64,000 nucleotides of DNA from an uncultured Thermoleophilia bacterium (GTDB lineage Bacteria > Actinomycetota > Thermoleophilia > Gaiellales > Gaiellaceae): positions 93,890 through 157,889 of the forward strand of contig CAWCXK010000009.1 of assembly GCA_963799575.1 (NCBI GenBank), read 5' to 3'. The notes below the pieces were generated by a model. That model did no database searches, was not told the DNA's origin, and saw only the letters and a list, made by a program, of their open reading frames with translations. Both the position numbers and the translations under genes were made by a program. Each line of letters begins with the position of its first letter. Position 1 is the first letter of the stretch. Shown in pieces: positions 1-9,396 of the stretch.

Positions 1-107
1 TCGAGTCCGTTCCAACGGACGCCGGGATCACGTGCGGATCTCGAACCTGCGAGAGCCTCCCGGGCCACGAGACCCTCCCGCTAGCTCATCGCGCCCGGTG
101 GCCGGAG

Positions 108-130
108 CTTTGTGTTGATTCAACGCAAAG
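108..130. repeat. AT-rich palindrome, copy 1 (CTTTGTGTTGA-T-TCAACGCAAAG)
   Basis: 11-bp inverted arms with one mismatch; near-identical to copies at 167-189 and 52766-52792. Confidence 0.9.
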
Positions 131-166
131 TGCTCTCCAGCAACGCCGCGCGCCCGGCCCCACGAG

Positions 167-189
167 CATTGTGTTGATTCAACACAAAG
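167..189. repeat. AT-rich palindrome, copy 2 (CATTGTGTTGA-T-TCAACACAAAG)
   Basis: Same motif 59 bp after copy 1, upstream of the FAD oxidoreductase gene. Confidence 0.9.
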
Positions 190-236
190 TCGCTCGCACC
201 CCGCGACGGCCGTGCCGCGGGGCCTAGGATCCCGAC

Positions 237-1616
237 ATGCGGCACACGCGCTACGGGTACTGGCTCGAGCAGGCGGGACCGGTCGAGCCGGCCGAGCCGC
301 TCGAGGGCGACACGACGGCGGATGTGGTCGTCGTCGGCGCCGGCTACCTCGGGCTCTGGACCGCGTGGCAGCTGAAGCTGCTCGAGCCCGGGCTCGACGT
401 CGTCGTGCTGGAGGCCGGCCTCGCGGGGCACGGGCCGAGCGGACGGAACGGCGGCTTCGTCTCGACGCTGTGGGACGACCTCCCGATCCTGCGCGACACC
501 TTTGGGGACGCGCGGGCGGTCGCCGTGTGCCGGGCCTCGGAGCGCGCGGTGCACGGCGTCGGCGCGTTCTGCACCGAGCAGGGCGTCGACGCCCACTACC
601 GAGCGGGCGGCACGTTGCAGGTCGCAACGAGCGAGGCGCAGGTCGGTGACTGGGACGAGCTCGTCGAGGCGTGCAAGGCCGTCGGCGCGACCGGCGAGGC
701 TCGGCCGCTGTCGCGCGACGAGGTCGTGGCACGGTGCATCTCGCCGACCTTCCGCGGAGGGCTCCTCCTCCCGACCGCAGCCAACGTGCAGCCGGCGCTG
801 CTCGCACTCGGCCTTCGCGCGAAGGTTATCGAGGCGGGCGTCAGGCTTCACGAGCGAACACCCGTGCAGCGCCTCTCACGGGATGCGACGGCGACCACGC
901 GCACGGGCAACGTGCGGGCCAGATCGGCCGTGCTCGCCGTGAACAGTGCTACCGCCGGGTTCAGCGGCTTCCGCCATGCGCTCTCGGTCGCGTCGAGCCA
1001 CATGGTGATCACCGAGCCGGTGCCGGAGGTGATCGAGGAGATCGGCTGGGCGGGCGGCGAGAACATCCACGACTGCCGCACCCTTCTGCACTACCTGCGG
1101 ACGACGCGAGACGGCCGGATCGCACTCGGCTGGGCCGGCGGCCGGATGGGGTTCGGCGGGCACCACCGCGACCGGCTCGACATCGATCAGCGTGCCGCTG
1201 CCCACGCCGCCGCAGCGCTCCGCTGGCTGTTCCCGCAGCTCAACGGCCGCGCGGTCACGCACGCCTGGGGCGGCCCCATCGACGTCTCGCCCACCCACCT
1301 GCCGATCTTCGGATCGCGCAGCAGCGTTCATCACGGCTTCGGCTTCACGGGCAACGGCGTTGGGCCGACCTATCTCGGCGGTGAGATCCTCGCCCGGCTC
1401 GCGCTCGATCGCCGTGACGAGATCACCGGGCTCCCGATCGTCGATCCCGACCGCAAGCTCTTCCCGCCCGAGCCCCTGCGCTTCCTCGGCGGCACCACGA
1501 TCAGGGCCGCGCTCGTCCGACGCGACGACGCCAACGATCGCGGGGGCACGCCCGATCCCCTCACCGCCTTCGTCTCCTCTCTGCCCCGCCGGCTCGGGCT
1601 GCGGCTACCGCGCTAG
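237..1616 (+). CDS. FAD-dependent oxidoreductase (DadA/PuuB-like amine or amino-acid oxidase family)
   Basis: DVVVVGAGYLG dinucleotide-binding motif, GPSGRNGG, HAWGGPID and GFTGNGVGP motifs. Confidence 0.85.
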   Translation: MRHTRYGYWLEQAGPVEPAEPLEGDTTADVVVVGAGYLGLWTAWQLKLLEPGLDVVVLEAGLAGHGPSGRNGGFVSTLWDDLPILRDTFGDARAVAVCRASERAVHGVGAFCTEQGVDAHYRAGGTLQVATSEAQVGDWDELVEACKAVGATGEARPLSRDEVVARCISPTFRGGLLLPTAANVQPALLALGLRAKVIEAGVRLHERTPVQRLSRDATATTRTGNVRARSAVLAVNSATAGFSGFRHALSVASSHMVITEPVPEVIEEIGWAGGENIHDCRTLLHYLRTTRDGRIALGWAGGRMGFGGHHRDRLDIDQRAAAHAAAALRWLFPQLNGRAVTHAWGGPIDVSPTHLPIFGSRSSVHHGFGFTGNGVGPTYLGGEILARLALDRRDEITGLPIVDPDRKLFPPEPLRFLGGTTIRAALVRRDDANDRGGTPDPLTAFVSSLPRRLGLRLPR

Positions 1617-2482
1617 GAGCCGACTGGGCCGTCGATCGCGCCGAGCACGTCGGCTAGCGGAGCGCCTGCATCAACGCGCTCCGGCGCCTGGGCGGCTGCC
1701 TCGGTCTCGCTCAGCTGCAGGAAGACGGTAGCGAGCGCGTTGAAGAGATCCGGCGTCAGGCCGGCGCTCTCCTGGTTCATGGCAATCTCCTGCATCTCCG
1801 CGACGTACCGGCCCGACTTGGCGGCGATGCTCTGAAGCATGCGCGGTGCGTCGTCGACGAGCCCGGGGTAGTTGCGGCGCAGGTCGTCGAGCACGAGGTC
1901 GAGCACTCCGTTCACGCGGGCCGAGCGGAGTGCCTGGGCGAGAAGCGCGGTCTGGCCCTTGTAGAACGACGCCGTCGACATCTTGATCGCCGATGCCATC
2001 CCGAGTCGCTCGCCCACGACGCGGAGCTCGAGCCCCGGCGCCGCGAGGCCGGCAACCTCGGCTGCACGCGGCCCGGAGAGATAGACGGTCGTCGTCCCGC
2101 CGCGGCGCGGCGGCGGCCCCGAGATCGAGCCGTCGACGGCGCTCAGCCCCGCGCTCGCAAGACGGGCGGCGACGGCCTCCATCGTCGCCGGGGCGATGGC
2201 GTTCAGATCGGCGACCGTTGGTTGCGCGCCGGTCCGCTGCGCCGCGTCGGCCAGGGCGGCCGCGACGGGGAGCGCCTCGCCGGGCGGCACGATCGAGAGG
2301 ATGACCCGGGCCGCCTCGACGACGGCATCGAGGTTCGGCAGCAGCTCGAGTCCCTCCGAAAGCGTTGCGGTGCGGGCGCTCCTGCGCTCGAGCGTCGCCA
2401 CGACCCTCGCCCCACCGGCGGCGAGCACCCGCCCGACAGCCGAGCCCATTGCACCGGGACTGACGATGCCGACCGTGGTCAC
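1613..2482 (-). CDS. NAD(P)-dependent oxidoreductase, 6PGDH/3-hydroxyisobutyrate dehydrogenase-like (DUF1932 type)
   Basis: VGIVSPGAMG Rossmann motif, VDGSISGPPP, ASAIKM. Confidence 0.8.
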   Translation of the reverse strand: MTTVGIVSPGAMGSAVGRVLAAGGARVVATLERRSARTATLSEGLELLPNLDAVVEAARVILSIVPPGEALPVAAALADAAQRTGAQPTVADLNAIAPATMEAVAARLASAGLSAVDGSISGPPPRRGGTTTVYLSGPRAAEVAGLAAPGLELRVVGERLGMASAIKMSTASFYKGQTALLAQALRSARVNGVLDLVLDDLRRNYPGLVDDAPRMLQSIAAKSGRYVAEMQEIAMNQESAGLTPDLFNALATVFLQLSETEAAAQAPERVDAGAPLADVLGAIDGPVGS

Positions 2483-2563
2483 CCGGCAAGCCTACTGCGC
2501 CGTATGAGCGTCGCTCCCTCCGGCTCCGCCATCCTTCCGCGCGGCCGATTACCCTACGGTGAC

Positions 2564-2636
2564 GCGCCCGTAGCTCAGGGGACAGAGCAGCGGACTTCTA
2601 ATCCGCGGGTCGGAGGTTCGAATCCTCCCGGGCGCA
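2564..2636 (+). tRNA. tRNA-Arg(TCT)
   Basis: GCGCCCG acceptor stem pairs with CGGGCGC; TAGCTCAG D-arm; anticodon arm GCGGA-CTTCTAA-TCCGC; T-loop GGTTCGAATCC. Confidence 0.97.
2588..2636 (+). repeat. attL core: 49-bp direct repeat (tRNA-Arg 3' part)
   Basis: CAGCGGACTTCTAATCCGCGGGTCGGAGGTTCGAATCCTCCCGGGCGCA, identical at 30520-30568. Confidence 0.95.
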
Positions 2637-2819
2637 TGAAAATCCCTGCAAATCGCGATATTTCGGGCGTGCTCCGAGCCTGCATCAAAACAACGAACCG
2701 ACACGGACACAATTTGTTATCTGGAATCAGGTCTGGAAAGACGTCTGCGGCAGTGGTTTCCTAAGCCTTTGGGCATGTTCGATTCGTGCCAAGGCATCCT
2801 GCTGTCAAGCCGTGCGATG

Positions 2820-3196
2820 ACGACCTCGAGCGCGACCGCTAAGCACTGGACGCGGATCGCTCAGGCGATGCGTGCGATCTATTCCGCGCCGACGGTCGAG
2901 GCGGCCGAAACGCGGTCGCGGAGTTCGCCGGCGAGTGGGAGCAGCTCTTCCCTGCGATGATCCAGGTCGCGCCGTCCGTCATCTGGGCCACTTCCCCAAC
3001 GACCAAGCCGCCCTCAAAGTGTTGTACTTCGTGGCAACACAGAAGCGGAAGAACCGCCCCGACCTGACCGGCAGGACGAACGGCTGGAAAGTCATCTTGA
3101 ACGCCCTGACCGTCCCTACGGCGACCGGATCGCAGCGAGCACGATCAACTGAAATCAATGACAGCCACAACTACTTACACAAGAATCTAATAGTCC
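2820..3196 (+). pseudogene. IS256-family transposase C-terminal remnant with probable right terminal repeat
   Basis: KHWTRIAQAMRAIYSAPTVEAAE and RHLGHFPNDQAALKVLY in different frames; TTACAC...TAGTCC end typical of IS256. Confidence 0.75.
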
Positions 3197-3235
3197 GAAC
3201 CTGGCAATGAAGCCTCCGGCGAAACGCGGGATGGC

Positions 3236-5026
3236 TCAGATGGTTTCGATTTGGGAGTGGCGTGTTTCTCGGATGGGCTGCTTGGGTGGTGTTCCGGATG
3301 TGGGGCTGGAGGGTTGGGCGTAGCGCGGTTGGGCGAGTGCGGCGGTGAACGCTTCGACGACGGCGGGGTCGAATTGGGTTCCGGCACTGTGGTGGAGCTC
3401 GGCGGCGGCGTCGTCGGCCGACATCGCTGTTTGGTATGGGCGGTCGTTGGTCATGGCGTCGTATGCGTCGACGACGGCGATGATGCGGGAGCAGATTGGG
3501 ATCTGTTTGTCGGTGAGACCGTCGGGGTAGCCGCCGCCGTCCATCCGTTCGTGGGTCGATCGGATGATCGGTGCGATGTCCTGGAGCGCCGGTGCGGCGG
3601 CGACGATTCTCTCGCCGATCTCGCTGTGGCGTTGCATGTAGCGGCGTTCTCGGGGGTCGAGGGGGCCTGGTTTGTTGAGGATCGAGTTGGGGATCGCTGC
3701 CTTGCCGACGTCGTGGAGTTCGGCTGCGAGTCGGGCGCGTTCGACTTCCTCAGTTGGCAGTCCGAGCTGTGTTGCGGTGCTCCAGACGAGGTCGGCGACG
3801 TGCCCGACATGGGTGACGAGCTCACCGTTCTGTTCGGCGAGGAGTTGGAGAAGGACGTCTTTGACCTCGGTGCGGGCGTCGCTGCGTTGGGAGCGCTTGT
3901 TGGCGTAGAGGTGTTGGTCTGCGACGTGGAGAGCTTGCTCCAGGCTGATCCCGGCGACGAGCCGTGTGGAGCCAACCGAGCAGCCGATCCTGAACCCTTC
4001 GCCGTGCTCGCTGAGGGCTGCCTGGGCGGCCTTCAGCAATCGCGCCGAGGACGGTGAGGAGGTCGTGATCACGAACTCGTCGCCGCCGATCCGGTACGCG
4101 CTCCCGTTCTCGCCGATCGCGCCAGCAAGTCGATGGCCGAGCCGGGTCAGGAGAGCGTCACCGGCCGGGTGGCCGAACGCGTCGTTGTATGCCTTGAAGC
4201 CGTCGAGATCGAAGATCCCGACGGTGACGATCTGTTCACGGGTGAGGTTGCTGATCGTCCGCCCCATGTCGGCGAACAGCTTGCGGCGGTTGCCGAGATC
4301 TGTGAGCGCGTCGGTCATGGCCTCCTCATCGCTGCGCCTTCGTGCCTTTACCGAGCGCTGAAGAGCGATCGAGAAAGCGATCAAGAGAAACACGATCGCC
4401 ACTAGCGACCCGAAGGTCGCCACCTTCCGCGACCGGGAAGCGTCCTGTCCATAGTGGCGATCGGCGACATTCAGCTCTGCGTCCAGCTGCGCTTGGACGC
4501 CACCCGGCCGCTGGCTCTTGCCGAACTCCAACGCCGCCGAAGTCGAGTCGCCGCTCGCAACCATCACCAAGAGCCGATCGGCCAAGACGTAAAACCGCTT
4601 TGCCAAAAACGTGAGTTTCGGCAGTGAGTCGCTATGTCCGATCTCACCGAGAGTCACGATCGAGGCGTCAAGCGTCGCCTCTGCCCCGCCAAGACTAGCC
4701 CTCGTCTGCGCGGGCGTCGGACTCTCGGCCGCGATGCCGGTGGCCGCGCCGAACGCTGCCGCCATCACCGCTCCTTCCTGGTTGCGCATCTCTGCAATCA
4801 CGACCTGCGCGCGACGAGTCTCGTCAACCGTCCGCTCGAACTGGAACACCGCACCGAACGCGACGAGACCGAGCAGCCAGATCACCAAGAGCAACACCGA
4901 TACCCGCCCAGACCCGAACACGCCCCGCCAAAGAGAAGCGACACGTCCCGAAAGTCGACGGTCGTCGCGCGCCCCAGCGGCAGCTTCCGCCGCGCGAGAG
5001 GGACTGCGAAAGCGCAAACGGTCCAT
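3236..5026 (-). CDS. Membrane-bound diguanylate cyclase / HD-GYP phosphodiesterase (GGDEF + HD-GYP)
   Basis: Two TM segments; TDALTDLGNRR, DLDGFKAYND, RIGGDEF; LHDVGK, HERMDGGGYP, DAYDAMT. Start uncertain. Confidence 0.92.
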   Translation of the reverse strand: MDRLRFRSPSRAAEAAAGARDDRRLSGRVASLWRGVFGSGRVSVLLLVIWLLGLVAFGAVFQFERTVDETRRAQVVIAEMRNQEGAVMAAAFGAATGIAAESPTPAQTRASLGGAEATLDASIVTLGEIGHSDSLPKLTFLAKRFYVLADRLLVMVASGDSTSAALEFGKSQRPGGVQAQLDAELNVADRHYGQDASRSRKVATFGSLVAIVFLLIAFSIALQRSVKARRRSDEEAMTDALTDLGNRRKLFADMGRTISNLTREQIVTVGIFDLDGFKAYNDAFGHPAGDALLTRLGHRLAGAIGENGSAYRIGGDEFVITTSSPSSARLLKAAQAALSEHGEGFRIGCSVGSTRLVAGISLEQALHVADQHLYANKRSQRSDARTEVKDVLLQLLAEQNGELVTHVGHVADLVWSTATQLGLPTEEVERARLAAELHDVGKAAIPNSILNKPGPLDPRERRYMQRHSEIGERIVAAAPALQDIAPIIRSTHERMDGGGYPDGLTDKQIPICSRIIAVVDAYDAMTNDRPYQTAMSADDAAAELHHSAGTQFDPAVVEAFTAALAQPRYAQPSSPTSGTPPKQPIRETRHSQIETI

Positions 5027-5653
5027 ACGAGGCCCTTCTAAGCCGATCATCAGGGCCTCCGAACGGACGATACCGCCGGCACTTGGAGACACAACCACCC
5101 ACCCAGGCAGGACAGCCGCGCAGCCCACTCAGGGATGCCATCGACAACCACATCCACGCCCGTGTCCCCCAGCCGGGGAACAGCCAGCGTTCGTCTCGGG
5201 TGTTACCACAGTGCAACACGTACCCAGGTCAATGGAGAGCCGGACAAGCTCCGTGAAGGCCTCACGCGAGCATCTCGGAGACGCGTCAGGTGCCAAATCG
5301 ATGGAGGACTTGAACTCGGCCGAGTCCAAGTCACCGTTGGCTTGCCGAGCGCGGAGCGTGGGAAGCTCCAGCGTGACCGTGAACGAATCCCGCGAATCTC
5401 TAGCCGCTCTCCGAGCTTGGCCGTGTGCTCGACGCAGAACTCCCACCCTCTGGGCATCACGCTCTCGCAGTTGGCGCCACTCGGATGGACGTCAGAGCAA
5501 CGAGCACGCCAAGGCTCGCGTTTCTGCTGGATCTGGGATTCTCAGGGCAGACACAGGGACCGTAGGAATAATTCCGCGGGATGATTGCTTCCGACGCGTT
5601 GCGGATCACAGTTGGTTGCTTCTCGCTACTCCCTGACTTCCTGGTTGGGTGAG

Positions 5654-6679
5654 ATGAGGTCGCGTCGGCAGCTCGCATGCCTAGTGACGGGAGTCTTGCT
5701 TGCGCTTGTGGCCGGCATGGAGCAGGTTCCCCTGGGAGCAGGCTCTGCAGACGCCGCGTCCTTTGCCATCGCGGCGCAGTCGACCGGTGTGGTCGTGATC
5801 AACACGAACCTCAGCTACGCGAACACCTCGGCGGCGGGCACGGGAATGGTGATCTCGAGCTCTGGCGAGGTGCTGACCAACAACCACGTGATCCGGGGCG
5901 CGACGTCGATCACCGTGACCGTGCCCGCAACAGGCAAGAAGTACAAGGCGCAGGTGCTCGGCTATGCGATCGGGGCCGACGTGGCGGCGCTGAAACTCGC
6001 CAACGCATCAGGGCTGGCAACGGTCTCCCTTGGAAGCTCAGCGAGCGTCGCTCGCGGCGCCACCGTCACCGCGGTCGGGAACGCCGGCGGCACCGGAAAC
6101 CTCGTCTCGTCCATCGGCACCGTCACGGCGCTCGGCCGTTCGATCACGGTCAGTGACGACTCCGGCGACACGGCCCGGCTCACGGGTCTCATTCAGACGA
6201 ATGCCGCACTGGAACCGGGCGACTCGGGTGGCGCACTACTCGACGCCGCCGGACGCGTCGTCGGCATGAACACCGCAGCCTCGACCGGATTTGCAACCCG
6301 CTCCGGCAGCGAGGGCTACGCGGTGCCGATCAACAAGGCGCTCGCGATCACGAGGAAGATCGAGGCCCGACAGGGCTCGGCCACGATCCATGTCGGTCAG
6401 ACGGCGTTCCTCGGCATCCTCGCCACACCCGCCCGCTACAACGATGCCGTCGGCGCGCTCGTCCAGCAGGTCGTCGCCAACGGCCCCGCAGCCAAAGCCG
6501 GTATCTCCCCAGGCGACGTCATTACTCGCATCGGAAGTCGCGCTGTCGCGACCACCAAGACAATCGTCAGCGCCCTCCAGGCCAAGCACCCCGGCGACTC
6601 GATCGCCATCACCTGGACGGATCAGTACGGCAACCGCACGACGGCGACGGCGAAGCTCGCCAGCGGACCACCGCAATAG
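5654..6679 (+). CDS. S1C (HtrA-like) serine protease with PDZ domain, secreted
   Basis: Signal-like N-terminus; LTNNHVI, DVA and PGDSGG catalytic triad motifs; C-terminal PDZ (GPAAKAGISPGDVI). Confidence 0.9.
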   Translation: MRSRRQLACLVTGVLLALVAGMEQVPLGAGSADAASFAIAAQSTGVVVINTNLSYANTSAAGTGMVISSSGEVLTNNHVIRGATSITVTVPATGKKYKAQVLGYAIGADVAALKLANASGLATVSLGSSASVARGATVTAVGNAGGTGNLVSSIGTVTALGRSITVSDDSGDTARLTGLIQTNAALEPGDSGGALLDAAGRVVGMNTAASTGFATRSGSEGYAVPINKALAITRKIEARQGSATIHVGQTAFLGILATPARYNDAVGALVQQVVANGPAAKAGISPGDVITRIGSRAVATTKTIVSALQAKHPGDSIAITWTDQYGNRTTATAKLASGPPQ

Positions 6680-6858
6680 AAACCACGGGAGAGGAAGGGA
6701 CGGTCAACACAGCGGACGCGAACGATGCCGACAGCGGCAGGCTGACCGCTCGCGGTTCTTGATGAGCGTTTGGACCGGCGAGCCGTGCCCGCCCGATAAT
6801 CGATAGGCTGCCTAATGAATTGGACGCTGGCCTAAACAATCGGATCTGCAACTCGCCT

Positions 6859-7240
6859 GCCAGTCGGGCTCGTTCGACTTGGTCGGCCGGCAGCTCGAGC
6901 TTCGTTGCGGTGCTCGAGGCGAGGTCCGCGACGTGCGAGACGTGGGTGGCTAGCTCCCCGTCCCGTTCTGCGAGGACCTGAAGGAGAACATCTGTGACCT
7001 CGGTGCGGGCATCGCTGCGCTGGGTCCGCTTGTTTGCGTAGAGGGCCTGGTCGGCGACGTGGAGCGCTTGCTCGAGGGTCACTCCGGCGGCTATGCGGGT
7101 AGAGCCCATCGAGCAGCCGATCCTGAATCCTTTCCCGTGCTCGCTGAGCGCTGCCTGGGCGGCCTTCAGCAGTCGTGCCGCGGACGGTGACGACGTCGTG
7201 ATCACGAACTCGTCGCCGCCGATCCGGTACGCGTTCCCGT
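6859..7240 (-). pseudogene. Internal fragment of a GGDEF/HD-GYP gene paralogous to 3236-5026
   Basis: AYRIGGDEFVITTSSPS...QVERARLA closely matches 3726-4108; no start and no HD motif. Confidence 0.88.
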
Positions 7241-7280
7241 GCGCGGCCGCTGGCCGGCCTCGGCGTCTATCCTCGCGGCG

Positions 7281-8462
7281 ATGGCCACGGGCTTCCCCCT
7301 GGGTGCGACGATCACGCTCGAGGAGCTGGAGCGCGATCCGCACCCGGCGCTCGCGCGGCTTCGCGCGCGGGAGCCGGTCTCGTGGCTGCCGGCGCTCGGC
7401 GCCTGGGTCGTGACGCGGCGCGACCTCGTCGTCCATGCGATGCGCGACGCGGAGACGTTCACCGTCGACGACCCTCGCTTCTCGACTGCGCAGGTCGTCG
7501 GCCCGAGCATGCTATCGCTCGACGGCGCACGTCATCGGCGGCAGCGCAATCCCTTCGCTGGCCCTTTCCGCCTTGACGCTGTCCGCTCGCGCTTCACCGA
7601 GATCGTCGACGATGAGGTCGAACGCCTGCTCGACCTCATCGCACCGGTCGGCGCGGCCGACCTCCGCCTCGAGCTCGCTGGCCCGCTCTCCGTCGTGACG
7701 ATGGTGCACGCGCTCGGCCTCGAGGAGATCGACACTCAGGCGGCGCTCGGTTGGTACGCAGACATCGTTGCCGAGGTGACGACGATCACGTCCGGTCGCA
7801 TGCCTGACGGCACCGGCCGGGCGGCATTCGCGCGGCTCCGGGCAGCCGTCGAGCCCGCGCTCGATCGCGACCCCGCGACATCGCTGGTCGCCGCGGCAGC
7901 CGGGGAAGCGAGTGGTCTGGGACGCGAGGAGGTCGCGTCTAACGCCGCGATTCTCCTCTTCGGCGGCATCGAAACGACGGAGGCGATGATCGCCAACGTC
8001 TTCCTCCACCTTCTCGCCGACGACGACCAGAGAGCGCTCGTGGTAGAAGAACCGCGGCTCGTTGCAAACGCGGTCGAGGAGTCATTGCGACTCGAGCCGG
8101 CCGCCGCCGTGGTCGACCGCTACGCGACGCGCGACATCGAATTCGGAGGTGCGAACGTGCGGCAGGGTGACCTCGTCACGCTCTCCCTTGCCGGCGCGAA
8201 CCGCGACCCCGCCGTCTTCTCCGACCCGAACCGCTTCGATCTCCAGCGCGAGAACAGCCGCCTCCAGGTCGCATTCGCGCATGGGCCTCATGTCTGCCTC
8301 GGCATGCATCTCGCGCGACTCGAGACGTGCGCCGCCCTCGCCGGCGCGCTCGAGCGTCTCGCCGGGCTTCGGCTCGACCCTGCGCGGCCGGCCGCTGTGC
8401 GCGGGCTTGTGTTCCGCAAGCCCGATGCGGTGAATGTCCTCTGGGATCGCGGGCCGTCGTGA
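7281..8462 (+). CDS. Cytochrome P450
   Basis: GGIETT I-helix, EESLR (ExxR), ANRDP, FAHGPHVCLG heme motif. Confidence 0.93.
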   Translation: MATGFPLGATITLEELERDPHPALARLRAREPVSWLPALGAWVVTRRDLVVHAMRDAETFTVDDPRFSTAQVVGPSMLSLDGARHRRQRNPFAGPFRLDAVRSRFTEIVDDEVERLLDLIAPVGAADLRLELAGPLSVVTMVHALGLEEIDTQAALGWYADIVAEVTTITSGRMPDGTGRAAFARLRAAVEPALDRDPATSLVAAAAGEASGLGREEVASNAAILLFGGIETTEAMIANVFLHLLADDDQRALVVEEPRLVANAVEESLRLEPAAAVVDRYATRDIEFGGANVRQGDLVTLSLAGANRDPAVFSDPNRFDLQRENSRLQVAFAHGPHVCLGMHLARLETCAALAGALERLAGLRLDPARPAAVRGLVFRKPDAVNVLWDRGPS

Positions 8463-9396
8463 CCGCGGAGACGCTGCGGGTCTAGGGCGTCAGCGCTCCG
8501 ACTGTAGATACGCCAATATCGGATTTGTTGCCTTTTCTTCGTCGGCCCCGGCACCGGCTCCTATGACAGCCGCTAGACCGAGCGCGATGAGGTTCGTCTG
8601 GACGCAGGTGCGACGGGCCAAAATGCAAGATGCCCGGGTCACGCCTCACCCCAGGAGCACCGGGCCGGAGCTCCACACCCGGTGACACTCGAACGCATCC
8701 GGCCGGCGACCCGAACCGCCGCGAATACATGCAGGCGATGTCGGCGGGTACCCCGATCGATCCTTGACTAGCGTCTAGTTGTGCTTAGTCGGCGCCTGCG
8801 TAGTGTGAGACGCAGAGGGCCGGGTAGAGCTGGCGGCGGCTCCCCGGCCTTCAACAGGTGCTTGTCGATTCGCGGCCTTTCGACCATCTTGTTTTTCCAA
8901 CCGTTCTGCTTAAGCTGCGATTGAGGGCCGGGGGAGCCCTGCGAAGTAACGCTCCGAGAGGCGGATTGTCGGGGCCTGAACCGTAACTCCGGCCCTCCAT
9001 CGCGTTCCCGCCTCAGAGTGACTTTCCGAGCTCTTGCGGTTTCGCGCTCGTGTCCGCGCGGTGTTTGCACGACCAGGCAAACAGTTGCGCCAGCGATCCA
9101 TTGGTGGCCTGAATGGGAGGCGCCGCACGGCATGACACCTGGGCGCTCCGTCCTGAACCCAACGGCTGAGGGGCGGAGTGCTTGGGTGCCGCCGAGCCTC
9201 CGCCCTCGACGATCTCGATCACGTCGTCGCCGCCCTCCTGTCGGGTACAGGCCCGCCGCCCCGAGCGCACCGACGAGTAGCGGCGCGAGGTCGGGGGAGG
9301 GAGCTGAGGAATGCCTGCCAGCGCAGCATGTCCTCGAGCGTCGAGCTCATTCCCCTCCGACGTCAGCCGCCGTCGTTGTGTATGTAGGGTCGGTCC

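Noticed and set aside
108-189. CRISPR array suggested by two palindromic repeats with a 36-bp spacer
   Set aside because: Only two copies, a third isolated copy 52 kb away, no cas genes and no leader
5129-5584. Gene between the cyclase and the protease
   Set aside because: Several short overlapping ORFs with no recognisable motif or RBS
9013-9130. DUF3800 C-terminal remnant (PPIQA...LFAW) on the minus strand
   Set aside because: The diagnostic QxAD motif is absent and the similarity is too short
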